Notes under the pieces: generated by a model
What the model saw: the letters and a program-made list of their open reading frames with translations, nothing else
Databases searched by the model: none
Told to the model about the DNA's origin: nothing
Assembly (NCBI GenBank): GCA_963736645.1
Contig: CAVTPJ010000002.1
Span: 2,879-66,878, forward strand
DNA length: 64,000 bases
Direction of reading: 5' to 3'
Source of the DNA: an uncultured Thermoleophilia bacterium
Lineage (GTDB): Bacteria > Actinomycetota > Thermoleophilia > UBA2241
Part shown: piece after piece, positions 1 through 9,700 of the stretch
Numbering within the stretch: position 1 is the stretch's first letter
How the letters are laid out: every line of letters begins with the position of its first letter
Position numbers and translations under genes: made by a program

Positions 1-2
1 AG

Positions 3-737
3 CGCGAGACCACGCCCTTCTACCCGCGCAGCCCGTACGGCGCCGCCAAGGTCTACGCCTACTGGATCACGGTGAACTACCGCGAGGCCTACGGCATGCA
101 CGCCAGCAACGGCATCCTCTTCAACCACGAGAGCCCCATCCGCGGCGAGACCTTCGTCACGCGCAAGATCACGCGCGCCGTGGCGCGCATCGCCCTCGGC
201 CTCGAGGAGTGCCTCTACCTGGGCAACCTCGACTCCCTGCGCGACTGGGGCCACGCCCGCGACTACGTGCGCGCCATGTACCTGATGCTGCAGCAGGACG
301 AGCCCGACGACTACGTCATCGCCACCGGCGAGCAGCACAGCGTGCGCGAGTTCGTGGAGCGGGCGTTCGCCGAGATCGGCGTCAAGCTGCGCTGGGAGGG
401 GAGTGGGGCGGAGGAGGCCGGCGTCGTCGACACGGTCGACCTGCGCCGGCTCACCGCCGCCCGCAACGGGCACCTCGACGACCCGGCGCCGGCGGACGGC
501 GTGGGGCCGGTCCTGCCGGGGGCCGTCGTGCTGCGCATCGACCCCCGGTACTACCGGCCCACCGAGGTCGAGAGCCTCATCGGCGACGCCACCAAGGCGC
601 GCGAGCGGCTCGGCTGGCAGCCGCTGGTCGGCTTCGACGAGCTCGTCACCGAGATGGTCCACGACGACCTCGCCGAGGCCCGCCGCGACGAGCTGCTCAA
701 GCGTCGCGGCTTCGATGTCAAGGCCTACAAGGAATAG
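3..737 (+). CDS. gmd: GDP-mannose 4,6-dehydratase, 5' end outside the window
   Basis: Frame 3 is open from the window edge: [56 protein letters not shown]...[17 protein letters not shown]...[21 protein letters not shown]. This is the typical Gmd core and C-terminus. Stop at 735-737. Confidence 0.9.
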   Translation, partial: RETTPFYPRSPYGAAKVYAYWITVNYREAYGMHASNGILFNHESPIRGETFVTRKITRAVARIALGLEECLYLGNLDSLRDWGHARDYVRAMYLMLQQDEPDDYVIATGEQHSVREFVERAFAEIGVKLRWEGSGAEEAGVVDTVDLRRLTAARNGHLDDPAPADGVGPVLPGAVVLRIDPRYYRPTEVESLIGDATKARERLGWQPLVGFDELVTEMVHDDLAEARRDELLKRRGFDVKAYKE

Positions 738-919
738 CCGCCGCTGAGCCCTGGGGGCACCGCGCCCGCCTCGTCAACGGCACGAAAAGGCGTCACCGAG
801 CCCGGCAACGCCCATCTTGGCCTCGCGCCCGGCGATGGTACCTGCACACCGGGCGCTCGTCGTGTTGAACCCGCCGTTCCGCCTGCTAACATGGAGTCGG
901 GCAACGGAGAGAGGTTGGA

Positions 920-3900
920 GTGGGCACGCGGCGCTATGCAAAGGTTCTGTTGGCGTCCCTGCTCGTCCTCGCGGTCGTGCTGGCAGGCGGGCTCGCAGGT
1001 GTCGTCAACCTGGCGGCAGCCGCCCCCATCTACACGATCGTCGTGCAGGTCTCACCTCTCGGATCTGGAACCGTGGACGTGGTCCCCAACGAGACGGACT
1101 ACGAGCTGACGGCCTCTCCGGCGACCGGGTGGCACTTCGTGGATTGGAGCGGAGACGTCACCGTGGCCGATAGCCCTGTGACGGTGACCACGGGGGACAC
1201 GGCCACGATCACGCCACCGCCGGGCCCACGGCGCCATCACCCCGGCGACGGCTCAGACGGTGAACTACGACGACGACCAGGCGTTCACCATCGCGCCGGC
1301 GCCGGCTACCACGTCGCCGACGTGAAGGTCGACGGCGCTCGGTCGGCGCCGTGACCAGCTACACCTTCACCAACGTCACCGACGACACACGTCACCGCCA
1401 ACTTCGCGATCGACACGTTCACGATCACGCCCACCGCCGGCGCACGGCTCCATCACCCCCGTGCGGCCTGTGACGGCGCGACGTACGCGCAGGGCAGCAC
1501 CGTGACCTGCGCCTGGTCATGCGCGGACGCGGCTGCGGCGTCGCCACGCGACGGCGGAGCTCGACGGCTCGCCCATCGCCGAGGGCGACGCCCTCGACAC
1601 GCTCGCCACCGGCGCGCACACCTTCGCGGTGACGGCCACCGACGAGGCCGGCAATCAGCGCGTGACGACGGTGTCCTACGCCGTCGACGCCGAACGTTCA
1701 CCATCACGCCGACGCGCCGGCGCCAACGGCTCCATCGACGCCCGGCGACGGCCCAGACGGTCGAACTACGGCGCGAACCGCGCCTTCACCATCGACGCCG
1801 GACACCGGCTACCACGTCGCCGACGTCGAGGTCGACGGGACCTCCGTCGGGGCGCGCACGAGCTACACCTTCAGCAACGTCACCGACGACCACACGATCA
1901 GCGCCACGTTCGCCGTCGACACCTTCACGATCACGCCCACCGCCGGCGCCAACGGCTCGATCACGCCGGCGACGGCCCAGACCGTGAACTACGGCGCCAA
2001 TCGCGCGTTCACCATCGAAGCGGACACCGGCTACCACGTCGCCGACGTCGAGGTCGACGGCGACCTCCGTCGGGGCGCGCTACGAGCTACACCTTCAGCA
2101 ACGTCACCGACGACCACACGATCAGCGCCACGTTCGCCATCGACACCTTCACGATCACGCCCACCGCCGGCGCCAACGGCTCGATCACGCCCGGCGACCG
2201 CCCAGACCGTGAACTACGGCGCCAATCGCGCGTTCACCATCGACGCCGGACACCGGCTACCACGTCGCCGACGTCGAGGTCGACGGGACCTCCGTCGGCG
2301 CGCGCTCGAGCTACACCTTCAGCAACGTCACCGACGACCACACGATCAGCGCCACGTTCGCCATCGAGACCTTCACGATCACGCCCACCGCCGGCGCCAA
2401 CGGCTCGATCACGCCGGCGACCGCCCAGACGGTCGAACTACGGCGCCAGCCGCAGCTTCACCATCGACGCGGACACCGGCTACCACGTCGCCCAGGTGCG
2501 CGTCGACGGCGACCCGGTCGGCCCGGTGACCAGCTACACCTTCAGCAACGTCACCGACGACCACACGATCAGCGCCACGTTCGCCATCGACACCTTCACG
2601 ATCACGCCCACCGCCGGCGCCAACGGCTCGATCACGCCGGCGACCGCCCAGACCGTGAACTACGGCGCGAATCGCGCGTTCACCATCGAAGCGGACACCG
2701 GCTACGACGTCGCCGACGTGCTGGTCGACGGCGACTCCGTCGGCCCGGTGACCAGCTACACCTTCTCCAACGTCACCGCGACCACACCATCAGCGCCACG
2801 TTCACCATCGAGACCTTCACGATCACGCCCACCGCCGGCGCCAACGGCTCGATCACGCCGGCGACGGCCCAGACCGTGAACTACGGCGCGAATCGCGCGT
2901 TCACCATCGCCCCGGCCACCGGCTACCACGTCGCCGACGTCGAGGTCGACGGCGACCTCCGTCGGCGCGCGCGACCAGCTACACCTTCACCAACGTCACC
3001 GCGACCACACGATCAGCGCCACGTTCGCCATCGACACCTTCACGATCACGCCCACCGCCGGCGCCAACGGCTCGATCACGCCGGCGACCGCCCAGACGGT
3101 CAACTACGGCGCCAGCCGCAGCTTCACCATCGACGCGGACACCGGCTACCACGTCGCCCAGGTGCGCGTCGACGGCGACCGCGGTCGGCCCGGTGACCAG
3201 CTACACCTTCAGCAACGTCACCGACGACCACACCATCAGCGCCACGTTCGCCATCGACACCTTCACCATCACGCCCACCGCCGGCGCCAACGGCTCGATC
3301 ACGCCGGCGACGGCCCAGACCGTGAACTACGGCGCGAATCGCGCGTTCACCATCGACGCCGGACACCGGCTACGACGTCGCCGACGTGCTGGTAGACGGC
3401 GACTCCGTCGGCCCGGTGACCAGCTACACGTTCTCCAACGTCACCGCGAATCACACCATCAGCGCCACGTTCACCAGCGAGGTCTTCACGATCACGCCCA
3501 CCGCCGGCGCCAACGGCTCGATCACGCCGGCGACCGCCCAGACCGTCAACTACGGCGCGAATCGCGCGTTCACCATCGCCCCGGCCACCGGCTACCACAT
3601 CGCCCAGGTGCGCGTCGACGGCGACCCGGTCGGCCCGGTGACCAGCTACACGTTCTCCAACGTCACCGCGAATCACACCATCAGCGCCACGTTCGCCATC
3701 GACACCTTCACGATCACGCCCACGGCCGGCGCCCACGGCTCGATCACGCCGGCGACCGCCCAGACCGTGGACTACGGCGACGACCCGGCCTTCACCATCA
3801 CCCCGGACACCGGCTACCACGTCGCCGACGTCGAGGTCGACGGGGTCTCCGTCGGGGCGCGCACCAGCTTCACCTTCAGCGGCGTCGACGACGACCACAC

Positions 3901-4795
3901 GATCAGCGCCACGTTCGCCATCGACACGTTCAGCATCACCGCCTCGGCCGGCGCCCACGGCACGATCAGCCCCTCGACCACGCAGACGGTCGAGTACGGC
4001 GGCAATCAAGCGTTCACGATCAAGGCGTCGGCCGGCTACTACATCGCCGACGTGCGCGTCGACGGCGCCTCCGTCGGGCCGATGACCAGCTACACGTTCT
4101 CCAACGTCGCCGCCAACCACGCGATCAGCGCCAGCTTCGCTCAAGGCCTACAGACGGAGCTCTGGATCAGTGCCGGGAAGGTCGTCACCTTCGGGGCCTC
4201 CACCGTCCTGCGAGGTGAGCTCTCCGACGCCAGCGACCCGCTCAATCGCGTGGGCCTTGGGGGGCGTAGCGTCATCGTTGAGGCGGCGTCGTCTCCCACC
4301 GCGCCGCCTTCACAATGGCAGTCCCTCGGGACGTTCACGACGAGCTCCGAGGCCGGCACACTCGGGCAGGTCACGGTGCCCATCTCTCCGACGTCACCCA
4401 CCTACTACCGGCTGCGGTACGTGGCGCAGCCGACTTCGCCTTACGGAGGCACGATCAGCGTGGCCTGGAAGGTCGGCGTGCGGCCGTTGCTGGGCCGGCC
4501 GGTCGTGCCGACCTCGGCGCGTGCGGGCCGCTTCTTCACCGTGTACGGATCGCTCAGGCCTCACTTCACCGCGGGCGAGAAGACCGTCCACGTCAAGGTG
4601 TATCGCTACAAGCACGGCCGCTGGGTCTACGTGAAGACGATGGCGGCCACCAACGTCGACAACGGCAGCTTCACCAGGTACCGCCTCAGGACCCGGATCA
4701 CGACCAGGGCCAAGTACCGCTTCCGGGCCACCTCGACCGCGACCGGGTGGGCCGTGGCGACGTCCAGCGCCAGTAGGACGCTCGTCGTCAGGTGA
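920..4795 (+). pseudogene. Giant secreted surface protein of InlB-B-repeat-type 74-aa modules. The frame is broken many times (pseudogene or consensus indel errors).
   Basis: GTG at 920 followed by signal-like MGTRRYAKVLLASLLVLAVVLAGG. The module FTITPTAGANGSITPATAQTVNYGANRAFTIEADTGYHVADVEVDG.SVG..TSYTFSNVTDDHTISATFAID appears piecewise in ORFs 920-1354, 1629-2879, 1984-2529, 2876-3196 and 3193-4218 (all three + frames). It runs uninterrupted in 3386-4795. Confidence 0.75.
1020..4140 (+). repeat. Tandem array of about 13 coding repeats, unit 222 bp (74 aa). One unit (about 1440-1690) is replaced by an Ig/HYR-like segment.
   Basis: The landmark string accttcacgatcacgcccaccgcc recurs at about 1921, 2145, 2368, 2592, 2813, 3036, 3259, 3482 and 3704. 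Spacings are 224, 223, 224, 221, 223, 223, 223 and 222 bp. Only the last spacing, inside the intact ORF, is a multiple of 3. Confidence 0.85.
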
Positions 4796-4837
4796 GCACA
4801 TGGATCGTCACCATGAGGAACGGATCGATGAGGGGAC

Positions 4838-5770
4838 GTGAACGACTCGCCGCATAGCGCTTCGGCACCGGTGCCCCCAGCTTTGGGGCTCTCCGATCTC
4901 CCCGCAGGCTGGCAGCAGGCCGAGCGGGATGAGTGGGCCGATCCCTACCCGGCCGCGGGCAGGCGCCGGGTGGCGCTGCGCATCGCCGTCGCGGTCCTCC
5001 TCGTGTCCGGGGTGATCGGGGCCCTCGTGTGGGTGGCCGCCGGCCACTACGCGCGCGGCCGCGACGCGCTCGCCGACCGCGCCTACTCGCGGGCGGCCGG
5101 CGAGTTCTCCGCCGCCACGGTGCTCGTCTTCCCCTATCGCGACGCGCGGGCGCTCGAAGAGCAGGCTCGGCAGGCCCTGCAAGCCGAGACCGCCGCTCAC
5201 GAGGCCGAGCAGCAAGTCGTGACCGCCGTCGTCGCCGAGCTCCGGGGGGCCGGCGCCAGGCTCGATGCCGGCGACGCGACCGGAGTGCTCGCGGCGCTCG
5301 AGGCCATCCCGGCCGACGAGCTGCGAGCGGCGGTGGCCGCCAGCGACGAGGCCAGGCAGTCCGCGGCCGCGCTGACGAAGGACATCGCGGCCGCCGCGTC
5401 GGCGGCCCTGCGCGAGGCGCAGTGGACGCGCGCGGGGCGCTTCGCCGCCGCGCTCCTGGTGCTCGAGCCGTCGAGCGAGTCGGCGTCGGCCCTCGCGGCC
5501 CGGGCGCAGACCGGCGAGCAGCTCAGAGCCAAGCTCGCCGAGGCGCGAGACGCCGCGCGCCGCGACCAGTGGCGGGTGGCGCTCAGGATGGCGCTCGCGG
5601 TGGCCGCCGCTCAGAAGGGCTTTCCCGGCGCCGCGGCCCTGATCGCGGATGCCCGCGCGGCGCTCAAGCCCAAGCCCAAGCCGACGCCCACGCCGGTGCA
5701 GACCGCGGCGCCACCCGCGCCGGATACCGGCGGCTCGACGACGACTCCTCCGGAGCCCCCGCCGCCATGA
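4838..5770 (+). CDS. Hypothetical Ala-rich membrane-anchored protein with a Pro-rich C-terminal tail
   Basis: GTG start preceded by gagggg. One hydrophobic span ([25 protein letters not shown]), a long Ala/Glu/Arg helical region, then [19 protein letters not shown]...PPEPPPP. The stop overlaps the next ATG (ATGA at 5767-5770). Confidence 0.55.
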   Translation: MNDSPHSASAPVPPALGLSDLPAGWQQAERDEWADPYPAAGRRRVALRIAVAVLLVSGVIGALVWVAAGHYARGRDALADRAYSRAAGEFSAATVLVFPYRDARALEEQARQALQAETAAHEAEQQVVTAVVAELRGAGARLDAGDATGVLAALEAIPADELRAAVAASDEARQSAAALTKDIAAAASAALREAQWTRAGRFAAALLVLEPSSESASALAARAQTGEQLRAKLAEARDAARRDQWRVALRMALAVAAAQKGFPGAAALIADARAALKPKPKPTPTPVQTAAPPAPDTGGSTTTPPEPPPP

Positions 5771-7357
5771 GACTCCTCTCGATGACGCATCGCCTGCATC
5801 GTGCCGGCCTGGCCGTCGGACTGGCTGTCTGCCTCGCCGCGCTGTGGTTCGGCGCTGCCGGCGCGGGCGCGGCCCCCGCGCCGTGGTCGCCGGTCGCAGT
5901 CCCGGGGGGCGGCTCATGGACTGTCTACGACGTCTGCGCCTTCGGCGGCATCAGCCTCGCGGCGGCGGGAGACGAGGGCCACATCGCCGTCACGCGCGAC
6001 GGGGGCGCCACGTGGAAGGTCGTCGTGCCCGGCGGGTTCCAGGCCACGGCCTTCACCGCCATCGCGCTCGACACCGGCGGGCACGGCGCCGTGGCCTCGG
6101 GCGGGCTCCTGCTCGTCACGGGCGACAGCGGAAGCACGTGGCATGCGCCGGTCTACGTCGGCCCGGGTCCCGGCGCGTCCATCAACGACATCGCGCTGCG
6201 GGGCTCCCTGGGCGTCGCGGTGGGCGATGACGGGATGATCATGAGCAGCAGCGATGCCGGCGCCACGTGGCAGCAGTCGGACTCGCCCACCTCGAGTGCC
6301 CTCACCTCGGTCGCGATCGCCGGAGACGGCACCATCGTCGCCGGCTCCGAAGCCGGCGAGGTCCTGGTCGGCAGTGGGGACACGTGGGCGATCGCGGGTA
6401 CGGCTGCAGGTCCGGTGACCTCCGTGGCGGCGTCCCCGGATCTCGTGCGGGTAGACGACCAGCCGTACCTCATCGCCGCTTCCGCCGGCGACGTCCTCGG
6501 CAGCGACGACGCGCTCACGTTCGCGACGCTGCCGGGTCTGCCCGACCCGAGCTCTCAGCCCTGGTCCAGGGTGGTCGTGGTCCGGCGTGCCCGAGCGCTC
6601 CCTTCTCATCGCCGGCGCCCAGCGGGCCGGGTTCTTCGAGACGCTCAGCCACGACTGGGTATCGGGTCCTTCGGGACTGGGAGCCGCCGCGCGGGCCGCC
6701 GCCCCGGCCGGCCAGAGCGTCGCGTATCTCCTCGGCGCGGACGGCGGGCTGGTCCGCACCATGAGCGCCGGCCGCGAACCCGCGACCGCCGCGCTCAGCC
6801 GGTCGCGCATCGTGGTCGGCGGCTCGACCCTCGTCACGGCGACCGTACGAGTCGGGGCGCCGGGCAAGCTGCTGCTGCGCAGTCGCGTCCCCGGCCGGGC
6901 CTGGGAGACGCAGCGCACGGTCGCCTGGACGCCCGCCGACTGGGGCCGCAGCGTGTCGTTCTCCATGAGCCCCACGCTCACGCGCGAGTACAGTCTGGTG
7001 TTCCAGTACGGAGCCGCCCAGGTGCAGGTGGCGCAGCCGGGCAAGGTCGTCGTCCAGCCCAAGATCAGCACGTCTCGCTCGCGCTACGACCTGCGCGTCG
7101 GGAGCGTCTTCCGCTTCTCAGGCTCCGTCACGCCGAGGCTGCCGGGCGAACGCGTCGAGCTGTTCACCGACCGCGGCGGGAGCTGGCGGCCGGTCAGCCT
7201 GCAGCGCTCCGTGAGCCTGCAGGACGGGCGTACCTGGACGAGCCGCTCCTTCGGGACGCCCAAGGCCGAGACCTATCGCCTGAAGGCCCACCTCGTCGGG
7301 ACCAGCACGCACGCCGAGGCCTGGAGCCGCGTCGTCACCGTCTCCATCCGCCGATGA
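5767..7357 (+). pseudogene. Secreted BNR/Ycf48-like beta-propeller protein with C-terminal Ig-like modules. One frame break near 6560-6590.
   Basis: ATG at 5767, signal-like [35 protein letters not shown]. Repeated D.G.TW motifs ([33 protein letters not shown]). The frame-1 product turns Arg-rich after ...SSQPWS, while frame 2 (ORF 6587-7357) continues plausibly: [23 protein letters not shown]... Confidence 0.65.
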
Positions 7358-8112
7358 AAGAGGGGCCCATCGTGCCTGCCCACGTCACCCTGTACCCCAA
7401 CGTGACCGTGGGCGAGGGGCACGACCTGCAGCCGCCCTGCATCGTCGGCAAGCCGCCGCGGGGCGCCGGCGAGGGCGAGCGCCCGCTCGCCATCGGCGCC
7501 GGCGCCGTCGTGCGCCCGTTCACCACCATCTACGCCGGCAGCGTCATCGGCGACCGCCTGCAGACCGGCCAGGGCGCGAGCATCCGTGAGGACAACCGCC
7601 TGGGCGACGACGTCAGCGTCGGCACCAACGCGGTGCTCGAGTTCGGCAATCGCATCGGCAGCCGCGTGCGCATCCACAGCGGCTGCTTCCTGGAGCTCGT
7701 GACCATCGAGGACGACGTCTTCGTCGGGCCCAACGTCGTCTTCACCGACGACCCGCACCCGATGGGGTGCCCGCGGTACGAAGACTGCAAGGGCGGGCCC
7801 GTGGTGCGCCGCCTGGCGCGCATCGGCGCCAACAGCACCATCCTGCCCGGCGTCGAGATCGGCGAGGGAGCGCTGGTCGGCGCCGGGTCGGTCGTCGTGC
7901 ACGACGTCCCCGCCGGCGCCGTGGTGGCCGGCAGCCCGGCCCGCGTGCTCAAGCAGGTGGAGGACCTCACCTGCCCGCCGGGGTGGTTCGAGCGCCCCTA
8001 CGTCTGGCCGCCGTACAGCACGCCGGAGCCGTTCGATCCCGGGGAGGCCTGCGAGGAGGTCATCGACCACCTGCGCGTGACCGAGCGCTACCGCCCTCCG
8101 GAGCCTCGCTGA
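7354..8112 (+). CDS. Left-handed beta-helix (hexapeptide-repeat) acyl/acetyltransferase
   Basis: ATG at 7354 overlaps the upstream stop (ATGA). Hexapeptide runs: [67 protein letters not shown]...[42 protein letters not shown]. Confidence 0.85.
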   Translation: MKEGPIVPAHVTLYPNVTVGEGHDLQPPCIVGKPPRGAGEGERPLAIGAGAVVRPFTTIYAGSVIGDRLQTGQGASIREDNRLGDDVSVGTNAVLEFGNRIGSRVRIHSGCFLELVTIEDDVFVGPNVVFTDDPHPMGCPRYEDCKGGPVVRRLARIGANSTILPGVEIGEGALVGAGSVVVHDVPAGAVVAGSPARVLKQVEDLTCPPGWFERPYVWPPYSTPEPFDPGEACEEVIDHLRVTERYRPPEPR

Positions 8113-8219
8113 TCCTCCGCCGACCGCCCGGGTCCAGCTGATCCTCCACCGATCGCCGGAGCCTGGATGACCTCCGGCCCATGCCGCCCGTCCCCGCCGC
8201 GGTAGTCTGTTCACAGCTG

Positions 8220-8287
8220 GTACGCCTCCGCGTACGTCCAACGGTACGTTTGTACTCTCGGACGTACGCGCGGACGTACGTATCCGC
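8220..8287. repeat. GTAC-phased 12-bp iteron array with an embedded 11-bp inverted repeat
   Basis: GTAC occurs at 8220, 8232, 8244, 8252, 8264 and 8276. Units are GTACGCCTCCGC / GTACGTCCAACG / GTACGTTT / GTACTCTCGGAC / GTACGCGCGGAC / GTACGTATCCGC. The segment cgcgtacgtcc (8229-8239) is the reverse complement of ggacgtacgcg (8260-8270). Confidence 0.8.
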
Positions 8288-8333
8288 ACACGGCAACCCC
8301 CGGCGGACCGGTGGATTGCGCGGGACCGACCGG

Positions 8334-9570
8334 CTACGCGCGTGGGACCTGCAACTCGCGCGAGCGCCTCCGCCTCCGCCACGCCGCCGCCCGCCGTCAC
8401 GGCGTCGAAGAGGGCGGCGGCCCTCGTCGCGGCGAGCTCCGGGGCGTGCGCCGCGGCCACGTGGTCGCGGGCCGCCATCCCCAGGTGGAGTCTCAGCTCG
8501 GGGTCGTCGCGGAGGGCGCGGATGCGGCGGGCGAACACGAGCGGGTCGAGCGGGTCGCACACGAACGCCCTGCCGTCCAGCTGGGGCAGACCGGTGAAGG
8601 CCTGCGTCGTGCCGAGCACAGGGAGCCCCCACGCCATCGCCTCGAGCGTCTTGTTCTTGGTGCCGCCGCCGTGCGGCAGCGGCGCGAGCACGATGTCGGC
8701 GCTGCGGTAGAGAGGCTCGAGGTCGGGCGCGTCCGACATCACGGTGACGCCGGCGCCGCCGGCCTTGCGCAGCCACGGCGGCGCCTGCAGGCCGGCGATC
8801 ACCATGGCGAAGGGCACCCGCTCGGTGCGCAGCTCGGGCGCCAGACGGCGCACCAGGAACCGCGCCGCGTCGCGGTTGGGCTCGTGCACGAAGGACCCGA
8901 TGAAGAGCAGGCGCACGGCCTCGTCGTGCCGCGCGCGCGAGGCGCGGTCGTAGAGCGCGTCCTCCGGCGGCAGGTCGAAGGCGAGGGGGATCGTGTACGC
9001 CTCCACGCCCAGCGTGGCGAGACGGTCTCTGTCGCCGTCGTTGATGGTGACCGGGATGGTGTCGTCGAGCAGGCGCCGTTCGTACCGCCGGCTGGTGGCC
9101 GCCTGGAGGTTGGCGGCGAGGTAGCGCAGCGGCCGCGCCGCGGCCGCGGACTCGCAGAGGCCGCTGGGGACCTCCGGCAGGTCGACGATCAGGGGCAGCC
9201 CGGCGACGCGGTAGTGCGCCGCGTAGAGAGTCTCGGCCATCATGGCGTCCGGCAGCCACTCCTCGACGGCCGCATCCACGAGCCGGGCCAGGGTCGCGGA
9301 ACGGCCGCGGCTGACCAGGGGGACGGGGGAGACCAGGCGCCGGCCGGAGGCGGCGGCGCGCCTGCCGGCGGGCTTGGCGCCGCTCGCCGGCGCCACGCGC
9401 ACGTCGGCGCAGAGCTCCTCCACGACGCTGAGGTCGGCGCCGGAGGGGGCCGCCCCGACGGCGGCGATCTCGTGCCTCTGCGCGGCCGCGCGCATGAGCG
9501 TGAGCGGCCGCGTGTGAGCGCCGGTGAAGGGCGGGTGGGGCAGATCGGGAAGGACGAACAGGATGCGCAT
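8334..9570 (-). CDS. GT-B fold glycosyltransferase (family 4/1 type). The 3' end is uncertain because there is no in-frame stop until 7273.
   Basis: Starts at an ATG: MRILFVLPDLPHPPFTGAHTRPL... C-terminal half reads LLFIGSFVHEPNRDAARFL...ADIVLAPLPHGGGTKNKTLEAMAWGLPVLGT, the typical GT1/GT4 nucleotide-sugar binding region. The lower bound is set at the first out-of-frame TAG (about 8334), at the expected length of about 410 aa. Confidence 0.7.
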
Positions 9571-9700
9571 CGCAGGGTACCTCCGCCGGTCATGCGGATT
9601 CGTCGAGCGCCGCATGATACCACTGCCGGCGGCGGACGTCGCCGTCGCGGCCGGGTGATATCATCCTCGGCTTGACCGGACTGTCGTGATCGGGGTGCCC

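Noticed and set aside
4933-8112. 1059-codon ORF, the longest in the left part of the window
   Set aside because: It is a composite. It starts as an Arg-rich shadow frame of gene 4838-5770, then carries the real BNR-like gene, then runs out of frame and finally carries the real LbH acyltransferase (7354-8112). It is not a single gene.
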